From a virus (lineage: Duplodnaviria > Caudoviricetes), in IMG/VR virus record IMGVR_UViG_3300028048_000052, positions 111,155 through 175,154 of that record: a stretch of DNA of 64,000 nucleotides. One strand, written 5' to 3'. Positions 1 to 9,896 of this stretch are shown here, one piece after another. The stretch's first letter is position 1; every line of letters begins with the position of its first letter. The position numbers were made by a program, and so were the translations under genes. The notes under the pieces were generated by a model. It worked only from the letters and a program-made list of their open reading frames with translations. It did not search any database and was not told the origin of the DNA.

Positions 1-1
1 A

Positions 2-946
2 ACACAAATAGACGAGCCAAAAGACGAAGAAAAAGAAATTGCCGAGGTTGAGCCAGAACAGTGTATGGTTGTAATGTCTGAAAGCGGGTATATTAAGCGT
101 ATTCCTATTACTTCATTCCATGCTCAAAAAAGAAATGGTTATGGAGTTAAAACACAAGACGATATTACAATGGCAACCATTAGGACTAATACAATTGATA
201 ATTTATTAGTATTCACAGACAAAGGACAGTTATATAAATTATTAGTAAATGATATCCCTATTGGCACTAATTCAGCAAAAGGCACTTCAATTAAAGCACT
301 GGTTGAAATGGATGCCAACGAAAAAGTAGAAACTATTTATTCAATTTATCGTGGGACAGAAGCTCAATTTGTATTCTTTGTAACTCAAAATGGAATGATT
401 AAAAAGACCCCATTAGATGAATATACAAATATTAGAAAGAAAAAGGGGCTCGCGGCGTTAAAGTTAAAAGATGGAGATAGCCTTGTAAATGTCCTTATTC
501 TTAAAGACGAGGATGTGATTGTTTCTACGTATGGTGGAAAAATTATTAGAATTAAATCAACTGACGTAGGAATTTCAAGTAGAGTATCGCAAGGATTAGT
601 TGGTATTAAATTAGAAGAAGGAGATTATGTAACAAGTCTCGCTGCGATTAGAGATGCAAATGATGACGTGGCTGTATTTACGTCAAAAGGATATGGTAAA
701 AGAGTTCCACAAAAAGACATTTCATCACAAAAACGCGGGGGTAAAGGTTTAGTGATGTATAAACCAGATGAAACAAGAGGCGGTATTATTGCCCTTGCTC
801 TTGTAAATGATAGCGACTCTTTGCTATTGGTTGGTGAAAATAATTCAATTTGTATTGACGCTTCACAAATTCCAGTAACTTCTCGTGTTGCGAAGGGTAA
901 TATACTTATAAAAGGCAATAGCATTGTAAGCGTATCAAAAGTATAA
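2..946 (+). CDS. gyrA: Type IIA topoisomerase/gyrase subunit A, C-terminal beta-pinwheel domain (5' partial)
   Basis: Frame is open from base 2. Repeated pinwheel blades (GYIKR, GMIKKT, GYGKR) and GyrA-box-like QKRNGYG/QKRGGKG. Confidence 0.85.
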   Translation, partial: TQIDEPKDEEKEIAEVEPEQCMVVMSESGYIKRIPITSFHAQKRNGYGVKTQDDITMATIRTNTIDNLLVFTDKGQLYKLLVNDIPIGTNSAKGTSIKALVEMDANEKVETIYSIYRGTEAQFVFFVTQNGMIKKTPLDEYTNIRKKKGLAALKLKDGDSLVNVLILKDEDVIVSTYGGKIIRIKSTDVGISSRVSQGLVGIKLEEGDYVTSLAAIRDANDDVAVFTSKGYGKRVPQKDISSQKRGGKGLVMYKPDETRGGIIALALVNDSDSLLLVGENNSICIDASQIPVTSRVAKGNILIKGNSIVSVSKV

Positions 947-975
947 AGTAAAGGAGAAATCCTTTACTTTTTTTA
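947..975 (+). terminator. Intrinsic terminator overlapping the next promoter
   Basis: AGTAAAGGA-GAAA-TCCTTTACT hairpin followed by a T run. Confidence 0.7.
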
Positions 976-991
976 TTTTTTATGATATAAT
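963..991 (+). promoter_or_regulatory. Sigma-A type promoter with extended -10
   Basis: TTTACT-17 nt-TATAAT with TGn; AAGGAG RBS before ligA. Confidence 0.7.
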
Positions 992-1014
992 ATAAGTATA
1001 AGGAGAAAAACGTA

Positions 1015-2145
1015 ATGTATAACCGTGAAGAAGCATTAAAAAGAATAGAATATCTTATAGAACAATTAAATTATCATACGAAGTTATACGACGAAGGTAA
1101 GCCCATAATCTCTGACACAGAATGGGACTCTATGTATTTTGAATTACAAGAATTAGAAATGTTATTCAATATACACTTGCCAAATTCACCAACAAGTAAG
1201 GTTATTTTTGAAGTAAAGAATGAATTAAAGAAAGTTCATCACAATCATGATATGTTATCTCTTGGTAAAACAAAAGATATGAAAGAAGTCCATGATTTTC
1301 TTGGTTCAAAAGATTTTATAACAATGTTAAAAATGGACGGTCTAACTTGCTCTCTTTATTATAAAGATGGCGTTTTAGTTTCCGCAGAAACTCGTGGTGA
1401 TGGCTATATTGGTGAAGATGTTTTACATAATGTTTTAACCATTGATAATGTGCCAAAGAGAATTAGTTATAAAGATGAATTAATTATTGATGGTGAGATT
1501 ATTTGCACTTATCAAGATTTTGAAGAGTTTAAAGATGAATATCAAAACCCGAGAAACTTCGCCGCCGGATCGATTAGATTACTTGATAGTAAAGAGTGCG
1601 CCAAAAGAAAATTGACATTTGTTGCTTGGGACGTTATTAAGGGTTTTGATAATCTTAAATATCTAAATCAAAAGTTTCAAGAAATTGGTAAACTTAATTT
1701 TACAGTTGTACCTTGGTTAATGGGCGATGACTGGGATGCAAAAGAATTTTTAGTTAATCAAGCAAAAAAATTAGGCTATCCAATAGATGGTTTAGTTTTT
1801 AAATTTGATGATATTGAATATGGTAACTCACTGGGGCAAACTGATCATCATAAAAGAAATGCCATTGCTTTTAAATTTGAAGATGAGGTTTATGAAACAA
1901 AATTAAAAACAATTGAATGGACTATTGGGCGTACTGGTGTCTTAACCCCGGTTGCTGTTTTTGATCCAGTAGAAATAGACTTTACAAGAGTTGAAAAGGC
2001 AAGTTTACATAATGTAAGTGTTTTGCGAGATATTCTTGGAGAACATCCATGGGTTGGACAAAAAATAAAAATTAGTAAACGTAATATGATTATTCCACAA
2101 ATAGAATGGGCTGAAAAAGAAAATAATGGGGACAATTTGATATAA
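1015..2145 (+). CDS. ligA: NAD-dependent DNA ligase, N-terminal half (adenylation + OB domains) of a split ligA
   Basis: Motifs KMDG, TRGDG, NPRNFAAGS, DGLVFK, GRTG, ASLHN, IIPQI. Ends at TAA before the Zn finger. Confidence 0.9.
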   Translation: MYNREEALKRIEYLIEQLNYHTKLYDEGKPIISDTEWDSMYFELQELEMLFNIHLPNSPTSKVIFEVKNELKKVHHNHDMLSLGKTKDMKEVHDFLGSKDFITMLKMDGLTCSLYYKDGVLVSAETRGDGYIGEDVLHNVLTIDNVPKRISYKDELIIDGEIICTYQDFEEFKDEYQNPRNFAAGSIRLLDSKECAKRKLTFVAWDVIKGFDNLKYLNQKFQEIGKLNFTVVPWLMGDDWDAKEFLVNQAKKLGYPIDGLVFKFDDIEYGNSLGQTDHHKRNAIAFKFEDEVYETKLKTIEWTIGRTGVLTPVAVFDPVEIDFTRVEKASLHNVSVLRDILGEHPWVGQKIKISKRNMIIPQIEWAEKENNGDNLI

Positions 2146-2187
2146 TCAAATTATTCCGTTTTTCTTTATAAATAGGAGGAATAAAAA

Positions 2188-2790
2188 ATGTTTACAATTT
2201 ATTTACATAAAAATAAAATTAATAATAAAGTTTATATTGGACAAACATCGCAACCACCAATAGATAGATGAAAAAATGGTAAAGGTTATACGCAATGCTA
2301 TCATTTTAATAATGCAATACAAAAATATGGGTGAGATAATTTTGAGCATATTATTTTAGAGCAAGGAGATTGAACGCAAGAAGAGGCGAATTATAAAGAA
2401 CAATATTATATTAATTTATATGATAGTACAAATATAAATAAAGGTTATAATATTACTAATGGTGGAAGTAATAATATTTCACCAAATGCTTTGCCAAATG
2501 CAATAAATTGAATGCGAGCACATCCTGATTTTGGATTAGCGAGGGCCAATGATATGTTAAAATGACAAAAAGAACATCCAGATGACGTTAAAAAGCAAAG
2601 AGAAAGAGCACAAAAAAAAATGGCAGAAGCAAGAAAAAGAAAAGTATTATGTGTAGAAACTGGTGTTATTTATGAAAGTGCGTCAGAAGCAGCAAGACAA
2701 AACAAAGGAACAACACAAAGTAAAATTTGTATGGTGTGCAGAGGACAAAGAAAAACGGCGGGAAGATTACATTGGAAATATGCTGAATAA
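2188..2790 (+). CDS. Free-standing GIY-YIG homing endonuclease with NUMOD1-like C-terminus (5 TGA=Trp; absent from the ORF track)
   Basis: AGGAGG RBS; TIYLHKNKINNKVYIGQT; R-TGA-KNGKGY (2269) and KYG-TGA-DNFEH (2332) correspond to the conserved RWxNG and KYGWDNF motifs. Confidence 0.85.
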
Positions 2791-3070
2791 TATAAAACAA
2801 AAAATTTTAAAATATAAATATAAAAAAGCAAAAAATATTTATATTATAGGTTGTTGGGCTCATTGGGGGATACTAACCGCTAAATATAGCGGTCAAATGG
2901 ATAAAGATGGTAATCCATTAACAATTCATTTTACAGACCATAATGGGTTAAAAGAAGAATATTATATTGCTCCGTGGTATACAGAAACGACTGGGATTGT
3001 TATAGGATATTCTTTTAATGAAAAACAAGCAAAGAGTATTGTAGAAAGGATAATAAATAATAAATGGTAG
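2780..3070 (+). CDS. Hypothetical protein (96 aa)
   Basis: ATG at 2780 overlaps the endonuclease stop; the track start at 2663 lies inside the endonuclease gene. Confidence 0.6.
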   Translation: MLNNIKQKILKYKYKKAKNIYIIGCWAHWGILTAKYSGQMDKDGNPLTIHFTDHNGLKEEYYIAPWYTETTGIVIGYSFNEKQAKSIVERIINNKW

Positions 3071-3912
3071 AAAAAAAATATATAGAGCTTCCAGAGTTTT
3101 GTCCTTATTGCGGTCATGAAATAGATTATATAACTTCACCTGATGGAGTAATAATAGCAAAATGTTCTAATGATAATTGTATTGGTAAAAAAGTTTATAA
3201 AATTGATCATTTTTGTAGTAAAAAAGGCTTAGATATTAAACACATTTCTGAAAATATAATTGAAGATTTTATTGATGAAGGGTACCTTAATACTTTTAGT
3301 GATATTTTTACACTAAAAGAGCATAGAAAACAATTAATTAATATTGAGGGGTATGGCGCCAGAAGTATAGATAGAATATTGTCTATGATTGAAGAAGCTA
3401 AAAATACAACTCTTGACAAGTTTATATCTGCGCTTGGCATTGATTTAATTGGGTCTAGTGTTTCAAAAGATTTGTGTAAAATATTTAAAACATATGATGA
3501 TTTTAAATCTGCGTGCGTTAATGGATATAAGTTTGAAGAGTTAGAAAATTTTGGCGAAGCTAAGGCAAATAGTTTAAGAAGTTATAATTTTGATGAGGCT
3601 GATAAGGTTTATATGTATCTCAATGTTTCTAATCCGTTGTTTGAAACCAATGAGGAAAAACCGTTAAATGGTATTACCGTTGTTATAACAGGCTCACTTG
3701 GCATTTTTAAAAACAGAGACGCAATGAAAGAAATGATTGAAAAATATGGCGGAAAAGTAGCCGGTTCGGTTAGTAAGAATACCACCGTGCTTGTTAATAA
3801 TGATATTAATTCCACTACTGGTAAGAATAAACGGGCAAAAGAATTGAATATCCCAGTTATGAGTGAACCAGACTTTATAGCGAAATATCTTGACCCTTAT
3901 TTAGAAAAATAG
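3064..3912 (+). CDS. ligA: NAD-dependent DNA ligase, C-terminal half (Zn finger, HhH, BRCT)
   Basis: CPYCG..C....C Zn finger, GLDIK/EGYG/ALGI HhH motifs, BRCT VVITGS...GSVSKNT...KAKEL-like. Confidence 0.9.
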   Translation: MVEKKYIELPEFCPYCGHEIDYITSPDGVIIAKCSNDNCIGKKVYKIDHFCSKKGLDIKHISENIIEDFIDEGYLNTFSDIFTLKEHRKQLINIEGYGARSIDRILSMIEEAKNTTLDKFISALGIDLIGSSVSKDLCKIFKTYDDFKSACVNGYKFEELENFGEAKANSLRSYNFDEADKVYMYLNVSNPLFETNEEKPLNGITVVITGSLGIFKNRDAMKEMIEKYGGKVAGSVSKNTTVLVNNDINSTTGKNKRAKELNIPVMSEPDFIAKYLDPYLEK

Positions 3913-3918
3913 TATAAT
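3890..3918 (+). promoter_or_regulatory. Sigma-A type promoter
   Basis: TTGACC-17 nt-TATAAT. Confidence 0.7.
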
Positions 3919-3924
3919 AATAAT

Positions 3925-4128
3925 ATGAATAAAGAAAGAAAAAAACAAATAATCAACTTTTGCATTCAAATGGCAAGAGACGAACTTGATGAAAAATTAT
4001 CCGATACTGAAAAAATGGATAAAATGAATTCGACATTAAATGCTTTGCGTCCAAATCCGGTTGAATTTGCAATGATGACAGACCTCGTTGATGAGTTTGT
4101 AGATAAAATAAAAAAAGGAGAGATTTAA
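3925..4128 (+). CDS. Hypothetical protein, possibly on a leaderless mRNA
   Basis: ATG lies 7 nt after the TATAAT box; no RBS. Confidence 0.6.
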   Translation: MNKERKKQIINFCIQMARDELDEKLSDTEKMDKMNSTLNALRPNPVEFAMMTDLVDEFVDKIKKGEI

Positions 4129-4383
4129 ATGAAAGATAATACAAAGAAAGTTTTAATGTATTTAAAAAAAGCAAATGGTAAAAATTTAACATCCGCAGAC
4201 GTTGCAAAGGCCATTGGTTTAACAAAGAAACAGGTAGATGGTATCTTTACAATGGCAATCCAAAAGAAAGATTTAGGAGTAAGAACCCCGGCGCAAGTTC
4301 AGGATAAAGATGGTAAATATGTAAATGTAAATTACTTATCATTAACTGATGCTGGAATGGCTCTTAATTTAGACGCTGAATAA
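4129..4383 (+). CDS. Small winged-HTH DNA-binding protein
   Basis: LTSADVAKAIGLTKKQV helix-turn-helix pattern, YLSLTDAG wing; AAGGAG RBS. Confidence 0.6.
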   Translation: MKDNTKKVLMYLKKANGKNLTSADVAKAIGLTKKQVDGIFTMAIQKKDLGVRTPAQVQDKDGKYVNVNYLSLTDAGMALNLDAE

Positions 4384-5326
4384 TATATATATTAGTTGTG
4401 GCGTTGCGTTTGTTATAGGAATTTTATTTGCTTATTTAATTTTAAAATCCAAATTAGATCATGTAGTTAAAATTAATGAAGATAATATAAAAAGAAATAA
4501 ACAAATACAAAATGAGGTCATTTATTGAGAAAAGAAAAAAGAAGAACTAAATAGCGAATATATAGATTTAAAATCATCTGCTTCATCTCTTGATGCTGAA
4601 ATAAAAATAAAATCAGAAACGGCTCAAAATATTATTAATTCAAAAATTGAATTAATGAAAGAACAAATGGATAGAAAAGCAGAAGATTTAGCAAATCAAT
4701 ATCAATCTGCTATTGATGATGCAAATTCTCAATATTTAGAAATATTAGCAGATTTATCCAAAACATCAATCGATACAACGGAATCAATTATTGAATTAGA
4801 AAAAAAATTAAAGGAATTAAAATCAAAGCATGATGCAGTAGTTGAAGATTATAAACGAGCGCAAGAGATGAATAATAAAAAAGATTTCTATCGTTTACAA
4901 TTAACAGATATTGATTTAAAAGAAATAAAAAAATTGCGTGAGGTTGAGCCATATTTACGTGATGCGCGTCCACTTAATAAAGTCATTTGAAGTGTTTATT
5001 ATGAGCACCCATATACTGATTTAACTGGGCGTATTATGGGAAGAGAAAAAAGAACGGGTATTTATAAACTAACAAATCTTACTAATAATATGGTTTATAT
5101 AGGACAAGCTGTTAATATTGCAGAAAGATGAAAACAACATATTAAGTGCGCTATTGGGGCCGATAGTGCGCCTAATAATAAATTGTATCCGGTAATGCGG
5201 GCAATTGGCCCAGAAAATTTTACTTTTGAGATTATGGAAGAATGTTTGCCAGAAGAGTTAAATGAAAGAGAACAATATTGGCAAGATTTCTATAAGGCGA
5301 AAGAGTTTGGTTATAGTGTAAGATAG
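4376..5326 (+). CDS. Membrane-anchored coiled-coil protein with C-terminal GIY-YIG nuclease (3 TGA=Trp; start uncertain)
   Basis: Frame is open from CTG 4376 to TAG 5326 if TGA at 4526, 4988 and 5129 are read. N-terminal TM segment ISCGVAFVIGILFAYLIL; GIYKLTN...VYIGQAVNIAER-W-KQH. Confidence 0.75.
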
Positions 5327-5334
5327 GAGAAAAT

Positions 5335-5625
5335 ATGTATAGAGTTATCGCCGGCAATGATACCGGAAAAACTAAAAAATTACTAACTGAATGTGGAAGC
5401 AATGGTGTATTTGTTTGCGCTCATCCAGAGCGTATTAGTGAAAAATGTAGAGCATACAATATTCCATTAGTGAAAGCGATTGGATATGATGATTTTAAAT
5501 ATTTACTTATCGAAGGTGATTTGTATAATGAAAATGATGATAGACCGATTTATATTGATGAGTTAGAAAAATTTGTAAATTATTGTGTTCCATATTTAGC
5601 TGGCTATACATTAACAAACGATTAA
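5335..5625 (+). CDS. Hypothetical protein with degenerate P-loop (GNDTGKT ... IYIDE)
   Basis: ORF track; AGGAG RBS. Confidence 0.6.
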   Translation: MYRVIAGNDTGKTKKLLTECGSNGVFVCAHPERISEKCRAYNIPLVKAIGYDDFKYLLIEGDLYNENDDRPIYIDELEKFVNYCVPYLAGYTLTND

Positions 5626-5626
5626 T

Positions 5627-7421
5627 ATGAAATTAGAAAATGTAAGAGTATATAATATTTCAACAGCGTTATTTGGAATGAGAAATCCAAAAAATTCTTG
5701 GGATAGAAGAGATACCAAGAGTGGAATTGCAACTTATGATGAAGTTGTTAAAATGGCTGAAGATAGCGAATTTGATTTAAAAGATATCCTTTTGTATCAA
5801 GATGATAATGAAATGTGCGAATATTGTGTTATCGGCCCTAACGATATGAAGCTAGCAAAAGTATTAAAAGATGCTGGCACAGAACACCGTAAATATTTAA
5901 GACAAATCTTTGTTACAATGGATATTACTGCACCGTTATATTGGTAGACTTTCTGCCAAAAAATACTTTACCGCTTCATCAGCGGGGTCGCATTAGCGGC
6001 TAACGGGGAAGCCTAAACTGAAAAGCATGGTAATCCCGTGGGAAATATAAAAAATAATAAATTAAATGTGTCAAAATATATTAATTCTTATTATATGTTT
6101 CTTATATATAATAGGAGGATTAAATAATGAAACAAACAAGAAATTGTGGTCCACGAAAAGATTTAAGTGGAAAAAAATTTGGTAAATTAACTGCAATATA
6201 TTATGTTCCAAAAGGAAAATGACATTGCAAATGTGATTGTGGAAATGAATTAGATGTGGACACAAGAAATTTAAATAGTAATCATACACAAAGCTGTGGC
6301 TGCTTACAAAAAGAAAATGTAAGAAAAAATGCTATTGATATGACCGGGTATGAAAATAATGGTATTAAAGTTATATCAAAAGCCGAATCTGATAAAAATG
6401 GTTACGCTCATTGAAATTGTGAATGTAAAATATGTGGAAGAAAATTTACTTCTGCTGGTTCAGCTATTAGACAAGGTCTTGTTCAAAGTTGTGGATGCGT
6501 TCATTCATTAAACGAGCAATTAATAACAAAAATGTTATTAGAAAATAATATAGATTTTGCTAGAGAATATACTTTTGGAGATTTAAAAGGAGTTAATGGT
6601 GGGGCATTAAGATTTGATTTTGCGATATTTAAAGATAAAAAATTATCTCATTTAATTGAATTTAATGGAAAACAACATTACGAAAAATCAAAAGGTAGTT
6701 GAGAAAAAGAATTTGACACATTACAAAAAAATGATAAAATAAAAAAAGAATATTGTGAAAAAAATAATATTAAATTAATTATCATAAAATATGACCAACA
6801 ATATTCTTTAAAAGATTTATTATAATTATAAACCTGTAGAGACTATCCCGGGTGAGACTGGGAGTACGGCTTCTATTGATACGAAGTTGGAAATGGTATT
6901 CTCTTTAAATAAAGAGTAAAAGATAGTCCAATCTATTATGAAAATAATAGATAATTGGGAAAGAATTTGATACCTATAAAATCGGTACAACATCCAATAG
7001 CCAAAGTACGATGCATAAGATGGCGGCTAAACCAATTACATTAGATTGCTTTGAGATTGGTGATTATGAAAAAGATTTAGTTTTTGAAGAAAGCACAGCA
7101 GGTGAGCATTCTTGGGATTATCAGTGTAAAGTGGACCACGTTATAGGTGGAGAAAGCGAAGGCACTTATTATTGGGATAAATGCTACATTAAATTCTTGG
7201 AAATGTTGCGTTTAAAATATCTTGAAACAAAAGATATGCGCTACTGGAAAGAGTTAATTAGATGGCTTCCAGAAAGCTGGTTACAGACAAGAACAATTAC
7301 TTTAGATTATGAAGTATTGAGTAGAATGTACCAACAGAGAAAAGACCATAAATTAAGTGAGTGGCATTGGTTCTGTGACCGGATTGCTGATATGCCATAT
7401 GCAAAAGACTTGATTTTATAA
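5627..7421 (+). CDS. thyX: ThyX-like flavin-dependent thymidylate synthase, two exons (5627-5945 + 6958-7421, 260 aa)
   Basis: Splicing restores EHRKYLRQI...APLYW-W-KEFDTYKIGTTSNSQSTMHK and the C-terminal RKDHKLSEW typical of the phage ThyX-like family. Confidence 0.7.
5946..6957 (+). mobile_element. Group I intron in the thyX-like gene
   Basis: 5' exon ends in U and intron ends in G; P7 elements GAGACTA (~6840) and AAGATAGTCC (~6920); removal restores the frame; internal endonuclease ORF. Confidence 0.85.
6127..6825 (+). CDS. Intron-encoded homing endonuclease: Cys-rich W.C.C repeats + Vsr/DUF559-like nuclease (3 TGA=Trp)
   Basis: AGGAGG RBS; DLSGKKFGKL, TGA-HCKCDCGN, SCGC, LRFDFAI, LIEFNGKQHY. 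Confidence 0.8.
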
Positions 7422-7438
7422 AAAAAATATGATATAAT
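7410..7438 (+). promoter_or_regulatory. Sigma-A type promoter with extended -10
   Basis: TTGATT-17 nt-TATAAT with TGn. Confidence 0.7.
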
Positions 7439-7469
7439 TATTATAGTATAGGGGGAATTTATATAGGAA

Positions 7470-7826
7470 ATGAAAAAGGATTTTTTAGAATTTTTAGACA
7501 ACCTGATGGCAGCTGCGCCAGAACAGACAGCGAAGTACATGACGGATAATGCAAAAACTTATGTAGAAGCTTTGCGTATGGCGTCAGAGGAGGAAAAGGA
7601 GAAGCCAGAAATGACTGATAACGGTAAGTTAATTCTTGGCTACATGCAGACGTCTAATATTAATGCTCTTACGGCAAAAAGAATTTCCGAAGGAATTTTG
7701 GTTAGTTCAAGAGGAGTTTCTGGGGCAATGAGAAAATTAGTAACAGATGGCTACTGTGAAAAAGTGGGCACCAGCCCGTCCGTTTATATTTTGACAGAAA
7801 AAGGAAAAAATTATAAAATTAATTAA
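7470..7826 (+). CDS. Winged-helix DNA-binding protein
   Basis: TAKRISEG..SSRGVSGAMRKLVTDGYCEK...YILTEKG. Confidence 0.65.
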   Translation: MKKDFLEFLDNLMAAAPEQTAKYMTDNAKTYVEALRMASEEEKEKPEMTDNGKLILGYMQTSNINALTAKRISEGILVSSRGVSGAMRKLVTDGYCEKVGTSPSVYILTEKGKNYKIN

Positions 7827-7853
7827 GTATTAAGAAAGAGGAATTTAGTAAAA

Positions 7854-8825
7854 ATGAAGAAAATGATTAATGCAACACACGTGGAAGGTTTGTTATACGA
7901 CCACGCTTTAGAGGAAAAGGTGTCAGGTGCAAATTCTAAAAATCCCGGAACAAAATTTATCGCAGGAACTGTTGATGTAGCAACAGATAATGACGGTATT
8001 AATATTGTTTCAGTACATTATACCTATGTAACTCCAGTAACAGCAACAGGAAAAGAAAATGCAACCTATACAACTTTGTTAAACATTATTAATGGAACCT
8101 ATAAGACTGTTGTTAGAGACGGTTCTGATAATGCAACAAAGATTAGAATTGATTCTGCTATTGGTCTGAATGAATTTTATTCAGATAGAGATGGCACAGA
8201 AACACTTGTAAGTGTAAAGAGAAATGAGGGTGGATTTGTCCATACTAATGGAAACTTTACAGACGATGAAACATTAAGAAATACATTTGATGTTGATATT
8301 GTTATTACAGGTGTACGTCATGTTGATGGAGATGCTGATAAGGGAACTGATGATAAGAGTATTGTTAAGGGAGCAATTTTTGATTTCAGAAACAGTTTAT
8401 TACCAGTTGAATTTTCAGTAACAAATCCAGCAGCGATGAACTATTTTGAAGGATTAGATGCATCAAATAAAAATCCGATTTTCACAAGAGTAAGAGGTCG
8501 TCAGGTTTCTGAAACTATTACTCGTCAGATTACAGAAGAAGGTGCGTTTGGTGAACCGAGTGTAAGAGAAGTAAAAACCACTAGAAAAGATTTCGTTATT
8601 ACTTGGGCGAAAGCTGAACCATATCTCTTTGATGATGAATCAACTTTAACAGCAGAGGAATTTAAGAAAGCGATCGCCGATAGAGAAATGGCGTTAGCTG
8701 AACTTAAGAGGAGAAACGACGAATACAAAGCAAATAGAAAAGCAGGTAATGGTATGCCATTTGGTGATACAAGTTCTACTACCACCAATGTTGCCGCGCC
8801 AGCAATGGGCTCATTTGATTTTTAG
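7854..8825 (+). CDS. Putative single-stranded DNA-binding protein
   Basis: Beta-rich, flexible tail ending ...FDF, located before the Sak4-like ATPase. Function is inferred from context. Confidence 0.45.
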   Translation: MKKMINATHVEGLLYDHALEEKVSGANSKNPGTKFIAGTVDVATDNDGINIVSVHYTYVTPVTATGKENATYTTLLNIINGTYKTVVRDGSDNATKIRIDSAIGLNEFYSDRDGTETLVSVKRNEGGFVHTNGNFTDDETLRNTFDVDIVITGVRHVDGDADKGTDDKSIVKGAIFDFRNSLLPVEFSVTNPAAMNYFEGLDASNKNPIFTRVRGRQVSETITRQITEEGAFGEPSVREVKTTRKDFVITWAKAEPYLFDDESTLTAEEFKKAIADREMALAELKRRNDEYKANRKAGNGMPFGDTSSTTTNVAAPAMGSFDF

Positions 8826-8837
8826 GAGGTAAATTAA

Positions 8838-9830
8838 ATGTTAGATATTTTAAATTTACAACCTAATAAAGTTAGTCGTGATATGCGTGGATATTCGGTG
8901 TTGATGTATGGTACGCCAAAATCTGGTAAAACCACTACAGCATCTAAGTTTCCAAATGCATTACTTGTAGCTTTTGAAAAGGGCTATTCTGCTATTCCTA
9001 ATGTATTAGCAGCGCCTGTTAACAGCTGGAATGAATTTAGACAGTTGCTTAAACAGTTAGAAAAACCAGAAGCAAAAGCAAAGTATTCTACTATTGTTGT
9101 AGATACAGCTGATATTGCTTATGATTATTGTGTTAAATATATTTGCGCCAAAGCAAGTGACGCAAAAAATGATTATGAAAATATTGGAGATATCCCCTAT
9201 GGTAAGGGATATAAAATGGCTGAAACCGAATTTGATGAGTGCTTAAGAAAGATTCTTCAGATGGATTATGGTCTTGTGCTGATTAGTCATGCTACCGATA
9301 AAACTTTCACAGATACAAATGGTAATGAATATAACCAGATCGTGCCTACTCTTGACAATAGAGCAAGAAAGATTTGTGAAAGAACATGCGATATTATTGG
9401 TTATACCCATAGCGAGTACAATGCAGAGGGAGGCACTACCACTTATATGGAAATGCGTGGTACCCCAAGATATGTTGCCGGCTCAAGATTTAAATATACG
9501 CCAGATAGAATTGAATTAAGTTATGAAAATTTGTTAAATGCTATTAATCATTCAATTGATGAAGAAGCAAAGAATTTAGGTGATCAAGTTTTAACAAATG
9601 AAAAATCAAATGTTCATCAGCAAGTTGAAAAAGAATATGACTTTGATGCTATGATGGCAGAATTCCAAAACATTGTTGGTGCTTTAATGTCAAAGAACCA
9701 GAACAATGCGAAGAAGATTACTGCTATTGCTGATAAGTATCTTGGCAAGGGCAAGAAGGTTGGAGATTGCACTCCTACAAATGCCCCACAGCTTGACTTA
9801 ATTCTTATGGAATTAAGAGAATTAGTATAA
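8838..9830 (+). CDS. AAA_24 / Sak4-like ATPase (recombination)
   Basis: Walker A YGTPKSGKTT, TIVVDT, LVLISH, AGSR. Confidence 0.75.
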   Translation: MLDILNLQPNKVSRDMRGYSVLMYGTPKSGKTTTASKFPNALLVAFEKGYSAIPNVLAAPVNSWNEFRQLLKQLEKPEAKAKYSTIVVDTADIAYDYCVKYICAKASDAKNDYENIGDIPYGKGYKMAETEFDECLRKILQMDYGLVLISHATDKTFTDTNGNEYNQIVPTLDNRARKICERTCDIIGYTHSEYNAEGGTTTYMEMRGTPRYVAGSRFKYTPDRIELSYENLLNAINHSIDEEAKNLGDQVLTNEKSNVHQQVEKEYDFDAMMAEFQNIVGALMSKNQNNAKKITAIADKYLGKGKKVGDCTPTNAPQLDLILMELRELV

Positions 9831-9834
9831 AACA

Positions 9835-9870
9835 GTCAACCCTGAGGAAACTTGGGGTTGATTTTTTTTA
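9835..9870 (+). terminator. Intrinsic terminator
   Basis: TCAACCCTGAG-GAAA-CTTGGGGTTGA hairpin followed by a T run. Confidence 0.75.
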
Positions 9871-9886
9871 TATTTTATGGTATAAT
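9858..9886 (+). promoter_or_regulatory. Sigma-A type promoter with extended -10
   Basis: TTGATT-17 nt-TATAAT with TG. Confidence 0.7.
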
Positions 9887-9896
9887 ATAGGTGTAA

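Noticed and set aside
2146-3063. Intron or intein joining the ligA halves
   Set aside because: No P7 GACUA/UAGUC core or intein terminal motifs; the gap is filled by two ORFs.
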